IMG/VR virus record: IMGVR_UViG_3300027920_000641
Origin: a virus
Strand: one strand, 5' to 3'
DNA length: 64,000 bases
Position numbers and translations under genes: made by a program. Positions 17,047-26,928 of this stretch are shown here, piece after piece (position 1 is the stretch's first letter; every line of letters begins with the position of its first letter). The notes under the pieces were generated by a model. That model ran no database searches and had not been told where the DNA came from. It saw only the letters and a program-made list of their open reading frames with translations.

Positions 17047-18260
17047 AAACATTTTGTTTTGGAACACCAGACGAGGGAGCTTTAACCCAAGCACGTAATT
17101 GCGAAGCGGAAGCAGAAAAGATAATTCTAATGGCTGATAACCATAAAGGCTATGGTATGCCAGTTGGAGGCGTGGCTGTCTACAAAAATAAGGTAAGTCC
17201 AGCAGGTGTGGGATTTGATATATCTTGTGGTAATAAAGCGGTCAAGCTCGATATTGATTATGATTCTATTAAAGACAGATTACCAGAATTAGCAGGTCAG
17301 ATATGGGAAAATCTCTCATTTGGCATTGGTAGAAAGAATGAAACCCCAGTATCACACGACTTATTTAACGACCCATCGTGGCAAGAGGTTGACTTTTTGA
17401 GAGAAAGACCTGAGTTAAAATTAAAAGCAGAACAACAGTTAGGTACAATCGGTTCAGGCAATCATTATGTAGATGTGTTTAGGGATGAAAACAATCAAGT
17501 TTGGGTTGGTGTTCATTTTGGTAGTAGGGGATTCGGACACACTATTGCTTCTCATTTTATGCAGTTAGCTGGTGACAATCCAAATATTATGGATGAGACA
17601 CCCCACACACTGTCTCTCGATACAAAAGAGGGGCAAGACTATTTTAGGGCTATGGAGTTAGCAGGTAGATACGCTTATGCTGGGCGTGATTGGGTATGTG
17701 AAACAGTTGCTAATATCTTGGGTGGAAAGATAGTTGATGAGGTTCACAATCATCACAACTACGCTTGGAAAGAAACACATGGTGGAATTGAGTATGTGGT
17801 TGTGAGAAAAGGTGCTACTCCTGCATTTCCTGGTCAAAAGGGATTTGTTGGTTCAACTATGGGTGGTGTTTCAGTAATTATTGAGGGAGTGGATAGTGAG
17901 AGATCAAAAGAAGCATTTTATTCTGCTATGCACGGGGCTGGTAGGGTTATGAGTCGAACTCAGGCTGCTGGCAAGTGGAAAAAATCAGTTGAAACTAGAA
18001 CTAAGCCAGATGGAACTGAATATCAGTTTAAGAAAAGAGTGAGAACTCAAGGGCTGGTCGATTGGGATAAAGTAAAAGCTGAATTGATTGGAAAAGGGAT
18101 TATTCTCAAAGGTGGTGGGGTAGATGAAGCCCCAGAAGCATATAAGAATCTTGAGGAAGTCTTAGAGTTACATAAAGGAACTATCAACATTTTACACAGA
18201 TTAACACCACTAATTGTGTGTATGGCTGGTAGTGACGAGTTTGACCCGTACCAAGACTAG
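17043..18260 (+). CDS. rtcB: RtcB RNA 3'-phosphate/2',3'-cyclic-phosphate ligase
   Basis: GTIGSGNHYVDVFRDENNQVWVGVHFGSRGFG and SAMHGAGRVMSRT are near-identical to E. coli RtcB motifs (GTLGTGNHFIEI...HSGSRGIG; HGAGRVMSRT); 405 aa versus 408 aa. Confidence 0.9.
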   Translation: MKTFCFGTPDEGALTQARNCEAEAEKIILMADNHKGYGMPVGGVAVYKNKVSPAGVGFDISCGNKAVKLDIDYDSIKDRLPELAGQIWENLSFGIGRKNETPVSHDLFNDPSWQEVDFLRERPELKLKAEQQLGTIGSGNHYVDVFRDENNQVWVGVHFGSRGFGHTIASHFMQLAGDNPNIMDETPHTLSLDTKEGQDYFRAMELAGRYAYAGRDWVCETVANILGGKIVDEVHNHHNYAWKETHGGIEYVVVRKGATPAFPGQKGFVGSTMGGVSVIIEGVDSERSKEAFYSAMHGAGRVMSRTQAAGKWKKSVETRTKPDGTEYQFKKRVRTQGLVDWDKVKAELIGKGIILKGGGVDEAPEAYKNLEEVLELHKGTINILHRLTPLIVCMAGSDEFDPYQD

Positions 18261-18292
18261 TCTTTATATAGTAATTGTGATACCATACATAC

Positions 18293-18766
18293 ATGGTTAA
18301 AGGATTCAAACATAGTGAGGAAACAAAACAGTTAATTTCAAAAGCTGCAAAAGGAAAAGGGAAGGGCGGCTTTAATGTTAAAATTAATTGTCCTAGTTGC
18401 CAATTAATAATGTCCCCCGCCAATTTAGCAAAACATCTTGGTAGGTGCGAGAAGACAAGGGGGCTCTTTCTTATGGGTAAAGAATTAAGTGTCAAAGAAC
18501 AAAAAATACTCAGAATGATTTTGAAGCCAACAGGATGGACTTTAGAAAATTATATATATCAACATAACAAACAAAATGATAGGTGTTATATTTGTGGAGA
18601 ATTGACCAAGAAAAGACTCTATGCAGACCATTGCCACAAAGAAAACAAACCTAGAAAACTACTTTGCGTCTTGTGCAATACAGGACTTGGGGCTTTTAGA
18701 GATGACAAACAAATACTATTAAAGGCTGTATCATATTTAACGGAGTTTGACCCGTATAAAGATTAA
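18293..18766 (+). CDS. Endonuclease VII-like (T4 gp49 family) HNH nuclease
   Basis: N-terminal CPSC..C zinc ribbon; DHCHKENKPRKLLCVLCNTGLG matches the DHxH..RGLLC..CN..G Endo VII signature. Confidence 0.7.
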   Translation: MVKGFKHSEETKQLISKAAKGKGKGGFNVKINCPSCQLIMSPANLAKHLGRCEKTRGLFLMGKELSVKEQKILRMILKPTGWTLENYIYQHNKQNDRCYICGELTKKRLYADHCHKENKPRKLLCVLCNTGLGAFRDDKQILLKAVSYLTEFDPYKD

Positions 18767-18779
18767 ATAGGAGGAAGAA

Positions 18780-18875
18780 ATGTCAGAAATCGAAATACTA
18801 AGGGGAAAAACACTTACTGAAATAACTGGTAAAGCTGGTGACGATGAACTTTTAGGAGTGGGGGACAAGGAATGA
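18780..18875 (+). CDS. hypothetical small protein (about 31 aa)
   Basis: AGGAGGAAGAA-ATG RBS; self-translated MSEIEILRGKTLTEITGKAGDDELLGVGDKE; coordinates approximate. Confidence 0.3.
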   Translation: MSEIEILRGKTLTEITGKAGDDELLGVGDKE

Positions 18876-18950
18876 CCCCTCTCACTCCGATTTCGAAAGA
18901 AATTCCCCTACTGCCAGGTGTTTATAAAGTAGTAATTATTAGGAGAAAAT

Positions 18951-19343
18951 ATGTTCAACTTCAACCAACCCCAGCCAGTTACTAAGGAAAGCAAGAGTAC
19001 TCTCGAATTGATCAAGCGCAGGCATGACATGGAGAGAGAGGAAGATAGGCGCAGACATGAAATGGAAATCAGGGAGATCGCGGCTAGGCATGCAATTGAG
19101 CTAGAAAAAAAAGACTTCGAGATCAAACATTTTAAAGATGAAGAAATTAAAAAGTTAGAAGGCAAGCTTCAAGAAGCGTCAATAACTATTGCTGTTTTGC
19201 AAAAAGAAAATAAGATGCTAGATAAAATTGTTGATCTAAATGGAGATATTGTCGATGTTAAAAACCTAGTAACGAAGTTGATTGATAAACTCCCTCAAAT
19301 AGATTTAAAAAGTCTGACGGTAAACAACAATGGCAACAGTTAA
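18951..19343 (+). CDS. coiled-coil protein
   Basis: ORF track 130 aa; Glu/Lys/Arg-rich heptads; AGGAGAAAAT-ATG. Confidence 0.5.
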   Translation: MFNFNQPQPVTKESKSTLELIKRRHDMEREEDRRRHEMEIREIAARHAIELEKKDFEIKHFKDEEIKKLEGKLQEASITIAVLQKENKMLDKIVDLNGDIVDVKNLVTKLIDKLPQIDLKSLTVNNNGNS

Positions 19344-19665
19344 TAACCCATGGGGATTGTTTCCCAGGGGGGGTGTTCCATACGGAAATGCTTGGCTTGA
19401 ATATCAAGCTGGGTTAATTGCAGCGGACTTCGGCAGGGAGTACCTAATGGAGTACGGTATTTCCCCAACAGTTGTGGCCAATCAGAATCTGCAGCCAATC
19501 TCTCTTGCCAGCATGGAGCGGGCAGTCCGTGAATTACCGAGGTGGGTGGAGGAACCGCCTGGTCAAGTGTGTCGGGAATTCCAACATCCCGATGAATGTG
19601 AGGAGCTCACTATAAAGAAAAACAAGACTTTGCACAAGCTGTATTTCGAAAGGTTTAGAAAGTAG
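19330..19665 (+). CDS. hypothetical protein
   Basis: ORF track 111 aa. Confidence 0.5.
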   Translation: MATVNNPWGLFPRGGVPYGNAWLEYQAGLIAADFGREYLMEYGISPTVVANQNLQPISLASMERAVRELPRWVEEPPGQVCREFQHPDECEELTIKKNKTLHKLYFERFRK

Positions 19666-19667
19666 CG

Positions 19668-19895
19668 ATGAACAAAAAATCGTCACCAGACCATCCAGAG
19701 GGATATATATTCTTCCATAATAGAAAGGGAATTAGGGTATTTGAATCCGAATTCGCAATGGGCAGCACTGTCCCTGTTTCTCACAAGATGACTTTCCTAG
19801 AGAGGTTTATTGAAGAACTTAAACAGCGCTGGCTGTGGTTTAAACTCAACCGTCGGCTTCGCAAGGCATGGAAAGCTAGTTCCTCAAAAAAATGA
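19668..19895 (+). CDS. hypothetical protein
   Basis: ORF track 75 aa. Confidence 0.45.
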   Translation: MNKKSSPDHPEGYIFFHNRKGIRVFESEFAMGSTVPVSHKMTFLERFIEELKQRWLWFKLNRRLRKAWKASSSKK

Positions 19896-19929
19896 GGTAT
19901 GATAGAATGCTATTTTTGTAAGAACAATC

Positions 19930-20304
19930 ATGAGAAAAGCAGAGTTCAAAGACTATATTTTCACCGCACAAATACTGATTACCTTTGGGAGCATGAAGGA
20001 AATTAGTGAGTATATTGAAAAAAAATATAAAGTTAAATTTGACTTACATCCACAATGGGGTGCATTTTCTGGAGAACTAGATGGCAAGTATCACATGCAT
20101 TTTGAAGAATACGGGTTTAAGCCAATAGTACACGAGACTAATCATGCTGCTTTTGACATACTCAATGACAGGGGAATCAGGCTAACTCCTCACACTAAAG
20201 AGGTGTTCGCATATTATCAATCATGGCTGGCTAGTAAGTGTCGAGATTATTTGGAACAGTGGACTCAGTCCAAAGTAGATAGATATAGAAAGGGGAAATC
20301 ATGA
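19930..20304 (+). CDS. hypothetical protein
   Basis: ORF track 124 aa. Confidence 0.5.
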   Translation: MRKAEFKDYIFTAQILITFGSMKEISEYIEKKYKVKFDLHPQWGAFSGELDGKYHMHFEEYGFKPIVHETNHAAFDILNDRGIRLTPHTKEVFAYYQSWLASKCRDYLEQWTQSKVDRYRKGKS

Positions 20305-20513
20305 GTGGAGGATTTTGCGATGTTTGTGGAAAGCCTACTCAGGCAGTACCGAGTAACCCGAACCGTTTTCGAAGAACTTGTTCTGAGGAGTGTTTGGGAA
20401 AACTAAGAACCATGAATGCCAGGAAGAGTCCGTTGAGGCTCATGACATATAGCAAGAAATACAAACTACCATCTGATATGGGCAACTCAAGAAAAGAGAT
20501 ATTATATGAATGA
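20301..20513 (+). CDS. zinc-ribbon protein
   Basis: CDVCGK...CSEEC. Confidence 0.45.
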   Translation: MSGGFCDVCGKPTQAVPSNPNRFRRTCSEECLGKLRTMNARKSPLRLMTYSKKYKLPSDMGNSRKEILYE

Positions 20514-20694
20514 TGATTTAGACGACTTATCGCCGACAGATAGTGAGGAATTGGACAGACTACTTAGCCCAGATGTCTTCTTCTGCAGATTTTGTGGAGA
20601 AGAGCTAGTTGGAGAAATGGTGCTTTTTAATCATGAGAAATGGTGCGGTAAGCCAGATGAGCTACCGAAAAAGACACTTGACAAAGATGTATAA
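20506..20694 (+). CDS. small zinc-finger protein
   Basis: CRFCGE...HEKWC C2HC pattern. Confidence 0.45.
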   Translation: MNDDLDDLSPTDSEELDRLLSPDVFFCRFCGEELVGEMVLFNHEKWCGKPDELPKKTLDKDV

Positions 20695-20714
20695 TATGGT
20701 ATAGTATAGAGAAT

Positions 20715-20915
20715 ATGGGAGTTCACAAAAGCGACTCATTTCCTTCATATAACATGTCTCCAACATCGGAGATAACAGAAATAATTTTGTTTGTTACGAT
20801 TTACGCAGGAGTTACGATTTGGTCTTTACTATCGGGGTATTTTATGCTTTTTTTCTGGATGCTAATTCCTCCAATTCTTTTCTTCTCCTGGTTATATAAA
20901 ATCCGCCATCCGTAG
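20715..20915 (+). CDS. small membrane protein
   Basis: ORF track 66 aa, 2 hydrophobic helices. Confidence 0.4.
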   Translation: MGVHKSDSFPSYNMSPTSEITEIILFVTIYAGVTIWSLLSGYFMLFFWMLIPPILFFSWLYKIRHP

Positions 20916-20961
20916 CGATGGTATTGACAGTCATCATTTAGTCATATAGTGTATAACTATA

Positions 20962-21180
20962 ATGGCGAGAATTATCATTTCCCTTACGGACGAACTTTTA
21001 GAAGAGCTTAACGAGTATACTCAGCGTAGATCTTATAATCGTTCAGAGTGTATTCGTCATGCTATTAGGAATCTTATTCAGGAAGGAGTAATGTATGCAG
21101 TTCCTCAAAAAAATATTTCAGAAAAAGCTAACAATGTCAGATCTTTCAATTCAGAGGGATTGGGAGTTAGTAACTCGTAG
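20962..21180 (+). CDS. ribbon-helix-helix (CopG/Arc-like) DNA-binding protein
   Basis: MARIIISLTDELLEELNEYTQRRSYNRSECIRHAIRNLIQEG is a typical RHH fold signature. Confidence 0.6.
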   Translation: MARIIISLTDELLEELNEYTQRRSYNRSECIRHAIRNLIQEGVMYAVPQKNISEKANNVRSFNSEGLGVSNS

Positions 21181-21451
21181 CTACGCACCGCCTCGCAAAG
21201 ACCTAGCTGGTCTTAACTTGTCTGAGGAGTTAGCTCAAAAGGCTATTTGTGGAGTAACTACCTACCTATGGCAAGACAGAAACTCAGGCGATTTACGCAA
21301 GGAAGAAATGCTCGGGAATGATTCAGACGAACTTGCTGAACTTGTAGAGAAGGTTGAGAGATCTGGAATGCAGTATATCAAACTCAATGGCAATGTATAT
21401 GCTATTGCTAAATGGGTGCCGTCTAACGATCAGACAGTTCCTTTGAAATAA
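21134..21451 (+). CDS. hypothetical protein
   Basis: Track ORF 21095..21451; start moved to the internal Met to limit overlap with the RHH gene. Confidence 0.4.
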   Translation: MSDLSIQRDWELVTRSYAPPRKDLAGLNLSEELAQKAICGVTTYLWQDRNSGDLRKEEMLGNDSDELAELVEKVERSGMQYIKLNGNVYAIAKWVPSNDQTVPLK

Positions 21452-21455
21452 CATT

Positions 21456-22004
21456 ATGGGAGAACCAGTTGTACTAGATGTAACTGATAGTCATAAGCTT
21501 GTTAAAACTGACGTGCCTACGCGCAAGGGTGGTAAGAAGCCGAAGACGATGACCATGACCTCAAAAGATGGCAAGATTATCGAGGTTGAAGTAACCGAGT
21601 TATTCATGCGCGAATATCTTAAAAATGGTGGAAACGCTACCGCCGCCATAAGGAAAATCTTGCCAGAAACTCAGGCCGCTACCGCTGCCCAGCTGGGTTC
21701 GCATTATCTTGGCCAGGCTAAAAAAAGAGGTCTTTTTAGGGTTATTATCGAAAAGAAGGGCTATCATCTTGGGAAGCTAATGGATGTGGCGCTTGAGAAA
21801 ATGGATGAGTCTAAAAGACCAGACTGGTGGGACCGCATTATGAAGCTAGGCGGATATGAGGACTTCACTCCAGCTGGGGGGAATCAGACGGCCGTTACAG
21901 TGACCGCTAATATCTTTGAGGCCCACAGAAAAATCAAATCAGACTATGTTGATGGAGAAGTAGAAGATATTGAAAATCCTGCCGATAATGAAGATAAATT
22001 ATAA
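21456..22004 (+). CDS. terS: terminase small subunit
   Basis: FMREYLKNGGNATAAIRK matches the TerS (Terminase_2) helix-turn-helix signature; immediately upstream of TerL. Confidence 0.65.
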   Translation: MGEPVVLDVTDSHKLVKTDVPTRKGGKKPKTMTMTSKDGKIIEVEVTELFMREYLKNGGNATAAIRKILPETQAATAAQLGSHYLGQAKKRGLFRVIIEKKGYHLGKLMDVALEKMDESKRPDWWDRIMKLGGYEDFTPAGGNQTAVTVTANIFEAHRKIKSDYVDGEVEDIENPADNEDKL

Positions 22005-23577
22005 GAAATTTATTTTAGAGAATTTCAAGGTTTTAGACAAAGAGACGCAGATACCAGTTCCTTTTGAGCTTAATGTTGTCCAGGAAAAGTATTATGATAT
22101 TTTGCAGGAACAGTATGGCGCAGAGATGGAGGGAGTACGAGAAATTGTGCTTAAGGCTCGTCAGGAGGGTATGTCTAGTTTTATCCTTGCCCTTTTTACT
22201 GTCGATTTTTTGCTTCGTCCATATTCAGTTTCCATCTGTATTTCTCACAGAAAAGATGCTACTGATATTCTATTCAAGAAAGTTAAATTCTACATTCATT
22301 GCTATCTAGAGAATCTTGCCAAGAAGCTTGACGTTCCAGTTGAGAAGATTGAGAAGGAGTGGTTGTTATCAGATAACAAGTCTTTAATTGAAAACGCTGA
22401 GAATCATGCTACTTTCTACATTGGTACTGCTGGAGCCAAGGTTGGTGGTCGAGGTGGATCTGCTCGGAACATACTTTTCTCAGAAACTGCTTTCTATCAG
22501 GATACAGAACTGGTGACTGCACAAGAAATCGTGGTAGGTACAGCGCAGCAGGTTCCTCAGGGCAGAGGTATGATTTTCCTAGAATCAACGGCTAATGGTG
22601 AGGGTAATTATTACCAGGCAGAGTGGGAGCGTTCTAATTTGCCAGCTAGACCAGACGGTACTAAGCATAGTATCTACTACCCAAGGTTTTTTGGCTGGGA
22701 GGATTTCTATACTGAGGAATGGGTTAACCAGAAACGAGGAGAATTTCCTACCGAAAAGCTATGGAAGCAGGAATATCCGCGTACAAGTGAGGAGGCGTTT
22801 ATTACCTCTGGTACCCCATATTTCAATAATGAAATTCTTGACGCTATGATGAAGGCTGCGCCAGATCCCGTCCTACAAGGCAAGTTTTCTCCAGATGGAT
22901 CATTAGACCTTTTGACTGATGATGAAAACCCACTGGTTCGTATTTATAGACAACCAAAGTATGGAGAGCAATTCGTCATCTTTGCCGATCCAGCTGATTC
23001 CCAGGACTTTTGTGCCGCGGTAGCTTGTTCGAAGAAGGAGTATGATTTTCCCATTGTCTTTAACGCAGTACTGGCTTCATCTCAGTTTGGTTATGAATTA
23101 TACGCAATGGCAAAATATGTGTTCAATCTTACGGGATTATGGCCAAAGCTAGCTGTCGAGAGAAACACTGGTCAGGCTACTATCTATGTTCTCAAGACGC
23201 TGAACTATCCAGATCTTTTTAGAATGGTTGACTTTGCTTCTACCGCAGGTACGTATGAAAAAGGAGAAATCGGTTGGGTTACTACTGGGCAACTGTCTGG
23301 TGGAGAACTACAGGGAACAAGAAGAAAAATGCTAGATGACTTTGCTCTGGCAATTGGCCAGAAGATGCCTCGAATTTATGATAAACAGCAAATTAAGCAA
23401 ATGAAGGGGTTCCAGATTTATAAGGGTAGAGCTCGAGCAAAGTCAAATATGAAAGATGACCTTGTTATGGCTAGTTGTGGAGCATGGCAGGTACAAATTT
23501 TAACTCCCTCTCTTGATTGGGGAGATTATGACGCGGAGGCAATGAAACAAAATCGCGAGAAATGGAGATTTAAGTAA
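21970..23577 (+). CDS. terL: terminase large subunit
   Basis: Deviant Walker A LKARQEGMSSF, acidic nuclease-domain residues (FADPADSQDF), 535 aa, between TerS and portal; alternative start 21988. Confidence 0.8.
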   Translation: MKILPIMKINYKKFILENFKVLDKETQIPVPFELNVVQEKYYDILQEQYGAEMEGVREIVLKARQEGMSSFILALFTVDFLLRPYSVSICISHRKDATDILFKKVKFYIHCYLENLAKKLDVPVEKIEKEWLLSDNKSLIENAENHATFYIGTAGAKVGGRGGSARNILFSETAFYQDTELVTAQEIVVGTAQQVPQGRGMIFLESTANGEGNYYQAEWERSNLPARPDGTKHSIYYPRFFGWEDFYTEEWVNQKRGEFPTEKLWKQEYPRTSEEAFITSGTPYFNNEILDAMMKAAPDPVLQGKFSPDGSLDLLTDDENPLVRIYRQPKYGEQFVIFADPADSQDFCAAVACSKKEYDFPIVFNAVLASSQFGYELYAMAKYVFNLTGLWPKLAVERNTGQATIYVLKTLNYPDLFRMVDFASTAGTYEKGEIGWVTTGQLSGGELQGTRRKMLDDFALAIGQKMPRIYDKQQIKQMKGFQIYKGRARAKSNMKDDLVMASCGAWQVQILTPSLDWGDYDAEAMKQNREKWRFK

Positions 23578-23578
23578 T

Positions 23579-23911
23579 ATGCAAAATATACCAAACACAG
23601 ACTATTACGAGTCAAGAAAATACAATAACCAGAAATTTATGGAACTAATAAAGGTCAATATGCCAGAGTTCTATATTCTGGCAGATATGGTAACAAAGTG
23701 TCAGGCAAATCCTTCCATACTTTTCCATGTTATTAAGCATATGGGCGAAATTGCTAACGGCACTGGTTTTGGTCAGGTGCACATTGTTATTGAAGAAGGG
23801 GTAGCGAGATTTGTTCGCGGAGAACACTCTACCAGGCTAAATGAACCAGTTATTTTTAATTTAGGTGAGTCTTCAACCGATGAAATAGGGCCGTCGGAGA
23901 AGATGGGATAA
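23579..23911 (+). CDS. hypothetical protein
   Basis: ORF track 110 aa. Confidence 0.5.
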   Translation: MQNIPNTDYYESRKYNNQKFMELIKVNMPEFYILADMVTKCQANPSILFHVIKHMGEIANGTGFGQVHIVIEEGVARFVRGEHSTRLNEPVIFNLGESSTDEIGPSEKMG

Positions 23912-23993
23912 AATAATTTAGGTTGTTGACATGTTGAATTGTAGTATGATAGTGTCCTTTGACATAGGTTGATCAGAGAAACAATCTCGGTTT

Positions 23994-24047
23994 ACCGACC
24001 AATACAACTCTCAAGAATAGTAGGGTTTTCCGTGGTCGGTTTTTTTG
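23994..24047 (+). terminator. putative intrinsic terminator (8-bp stem, long loop, T7 tract)
   Basis: accgacca ... tggtcggttttttt upstream of the portal gene; coordinates approximate. Confidence 0.35.
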
Positions 24048-24063
24048 TACCTATAGGTTTTTT

Positions 24064-26217
24064 ATGGCTGTAGCTGACAAAAGTAAATCAAAAAACAAAG
24101 AAGGTCAAATATTCACTGACGTTAAACGTCATATGGAACTTGGCTTTCAGGAGACTGATAGGCGAACCACGGGTAAGAACCGTATCGGAGCTATTTCATT
24201 TAACGAAGCAGATGAGCTTTTCCGCTCATGGTTAGATGAGGCCTCCTGGCCATACGACGCCCTGTTATTTGATCCTCGCATTTTTACTTTCATTTTCGAA
24301 AAGACTTCAAGATTAATTTCTAATAAACCAAAGGGCAAGCTGACTCCTAGAGAGGGCTCAGATATGCTTTCTGCCAAAATTAATAATTCTCTTCTGGATT
24401 TCCAATGGGATAATTCTAATATTGGTGGCACCATGCTTTCAAAATGGTCATTAATGGATATTAATGCCCGCAAGTATGGTTCATCTTTCGCGCTTGTTCC
24501 ATGGAGATATGAGACGGATGATAGAGACCGCACTGTTTTCGATGGTCCAGACATGAAGGTTCTGAACAACAGAGATATAGCTCATGACCTTTCTGCCACC
24601 GCTATCGAGAACTGTAACTGGTTCCAGGTTCGCCAATATGTAACGTTCCAAGACTTGCAAAATGTTAACGATGCTGCCCGCACTGGTCCAGTGTACAAGA
24701 ATCTAGATGTCCTTAAGGAGAAGGTTTCTACCGCAGAAGTCCATGGTGGAGAGAATGGTGGAGATACTAGATCAGTCAACTGGTTATCAAGGAATCGATC
24801 CATCTCTGGTTTGGAATTAGATCCAGTCGGCAAAGATCCTGTTTTCAGGACAATTGAAATAGTAACCGAGTATCGTAGAAATCGCTGGATAACTATTGCT
24901 CCAAAACACGGAGTGGTTATTAGAGATATCGAGAACCCATACCAGAATAATGAAATCCCTATTGTCATGTTGCGTTACTATCAAATAGATGATGACCTTT
25001 ATGGTCTAAGTGAGATAGAGCCAATTAAGGGGTTACAGAAAGCTATTAACGCTCTTCTATGCCAGTATGTTGATGAGATCAATCAGAAACTCTATTCCCC
25101 TATTGCCATTGGGCCAGGAGTTCGACAACACACTCTGGAGTGGGGAAAAGGCGCTCGTTGGATAATGAACAACCCAATGCAGGATTTCAGAATTGTTGAG
25201 TCTAGATCAGATGCTGCTCAGTACTTCAACAATACCTATGGAGTTTTAGTTAATGCCATGATGACTGCCCTTGGGGAATCATCACTTGGAGTTTCTAACA
25301 CACAACCATACCAGACAGATAAGACTGCTACCGAGGTTAAGGCTCTTCAACTTCAGCGTAACGCCAGAGACAATTATAACCAGATTTTCTTGGGTGAGGC
25401 AATCAAACGCCAATATATGCTATGGCATTCAATGAACCAAGCTCTTTTATTCTCTGATCCAAAAACTGCTCACTATATTATCAGAATTAGTGGAAGTGAC
25501 GCACTTAGATATTTCCAAGAACGTGGTTTAGATAAGATGTCTTTCGATGCAGACATTGCTGGAACTCAATTCGAGACAGAGAACATCCTCGGTATTAGAA
25601 AAGACCCAGAGAAGGTGCTGTCAAACAGTATGCTTCCAGTCTATCCTATTGCCATTGAGGAAGAAGGAACAACCCGCTTTGAGCCAAAGTTGAAGCTAGA
25701 GCAGGGAACCAGCAGAAGCGGACAATTATATGTTACGCCAGATGATCTGAAGGGTGTTTTTGACTTTTCGATTGACGTTCAATCTATGCAGGTTTCTGCT
25801 GATGAAGAGCAAAAGCAGGGAAGACAGCAGGCTATCCAAATGATCAGCACTAATCCAAATGTAATTCAAATGCTTCAATCAGAAGGTGTCAAGCCGAAGT
25901 TCAAAGACTTATTTGTCCAATGGTTAGAAGACCTGGGATTCCCAGATGCCGATAGGTTTTTTGAGAGTGCTGGTCAAGGCGCTGCTGAGGGCGGTGACCC
26001 AATGGCTGCTATCAAAGAAGCAATGGCTAAGGCGGGTGGCGGCGCAGAGGAAGCTGGGGCACCACCAACAGATACTGTCCCCTCTGGTATACCAGGAGGA
26101 ACTAATCCTAACGCAGGTGGGGAAGCTCCACAAGCAACTCCATTTGCAGTAAATAGGGATTCTGGGCAAGGGCTAGGTCCGATAAGTCCAAAGTCATTAG
26201 GAGAAATGGGAGCATAA
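24064..26217 (+). CDS. putative portal protein
   Basis: 717 aa, position directly after the terminase genes, Gly/Ala/Pro-rich acidic C-terminal tail; no motif verification possible. Confidence 0.55.
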   Translation: MAVADKSKSKNKEGQIFTDVKRHMELGFQETDRRTTGKNRIGAISFNEADELFRSWLDEASWPYDALLFDPRIFTFIFEKTSRLISNKPKGKLTPREGSDMLSAKINNSLLDFQWDNSNIGGTMLSKWSLMDINARKYGSSFALVPWRYETDDRDRTVFDGPDMKVLNNRDIAHDLSATAIENCNWFQVRQYVTFQDLQNVNDAARTGPVYKNLDVLKEKVSTAEVHGGENGGDTRSVNWLSRNRSISGLELDPVGKDPVFRTIEIVTEYRRNRWITIAPKHGVVIRDIENPYQNNEIPIVMLRYYQIDDDLYGLSEIEPIKGLQKAINALLCQYVDEINQKLYSPIAIGPGVRQHTLEWGKGARWIMNNPMQDFRIVESRSDAAQYFNNTYGVLVNAMMTALGESSLGVSNTQPYQTDKTATEVKALQLQRNARDNYNQIFLGEAIKRQYMLWHSMNQALLFSDPKTAHYIIRISGSDALRYFQERGLDKMSFDADIAGTQFETENILGIRKDPEKVLSNSMLPVYPIAIEEEGTTRFEPKLKLEQGTSRSGQLYVTPDDLKGVFDFSIDVQSMQVSADEEQKQGRQQAIQMISTNPNVIQMLQSEGVKPKFKDLFVQWLEDLGFPDADRFFESAGQGAAEGGDPMAAIKEAMAKAGGGAEEAGAPPTDTVPSGIPGGTNPNAGGEAPQATPFAVNRDSGQGLGPISPKSLGEMGA

Positions 26218-26218
26218 T

Positions 26219-26557
26219 ATGGCAGAAACTAATCAAGTCAAAACCAACCTTACTGAGGAAGAAGAGAGAGAGTTACGCCAAGGGCAAGATCTCTACGCTA
26301 TGACTAAATCAGCTGGCTGGGCAACTATAGAGGCATGGTTAAGGGACCTTTCTTTTCACTCTTGGGTTGATCCAAGAGATATCGAAAACAGCCCTAACTC
26401 TGAGAAGGAGTATCTGTGGAGAGAGTTAAACGCATTTTATGCCGCTAACAACGCTAGGGAGTTAATGGAGAGAGTACAAAAAGCCATTAACCAAAGTGAG
26501 TATCTCAGCAAGGTAAAGACTGGAGATATAAAGCGCGGTGTAGGAATGAAAATATAA
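26219..26557 (+). CDS. hypothetical head-morphogenesis protein
   Basis: ORF track 112 aa, between portal and scaffold. Confidence 0.45.
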   Translation: MAETNQVKTNLTEEEERELRQGQDLYAMTKSAGWATIEAWLRDLSFHSWVDPRDIENSPNSEKEYLWRELNAFYAANNARELMERVQKAINQSEYLSKVKTGDIKRGVGMKI

Positions 26558-26559
26558 TT

Positions 26560-26841
26560 ATGACAAATATAGGGTTACTGCCACCTTTACCACCAAGTGA
26601 CAGAGACTCTCTTGATCAGAACAGATATGACGGATTCTATAAAGTTAAGGCAAGAGATTTTTGGGGAGAGAATGAGATCCACCACCTGGATGGCTCCCCA
26701 ACAAAGAGCTGTAAGCACGAGTTTACATCTCAGAAAGGAGGAGTCAGGTGCACTAAGTGCAACTTTGGGCTTCTTGGAGTAGGGCTTTCCGCTAAAGACG
26801 GAGTGGCCTTAGTCCAAGGAGAGCCAATCAGCTTTCCTTAA
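26560..26841 (+). CDS. hypothetical protein
   Basis: ORF track 93 aa. Confidence 0.45.
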   Translation: MTNIGLLPPLPPSDRDSLDQNRYDGFYKVKARDFWGENEIHHLDGSPTKSCKHEFTSQKGGVRCTKCNFGLLGVGLSAKDGVALVQGEPISFP

Positions 26842-26928
26842 GAATGTTGGCAATTCCAGCCACACACACTCAGACGCGGATGCACGCGCGTCATATCATT
26901 AACTAGTGCATGAAAGGAGGTGAGTGAT

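Noticed and set aside
23926-23990. Two TTGACA hexamers upstream of the portal gene
   Set aside because: No acceptable -10 box at 16-18 bp spacing follows either copy.
24147-24968. Two minus-strand ORFs (140 and 128 aa) inside the portal gene
   Set aside because: They are fully contained within a 717-aa plus-strand ORF with clear positional support, and there is no RBS.
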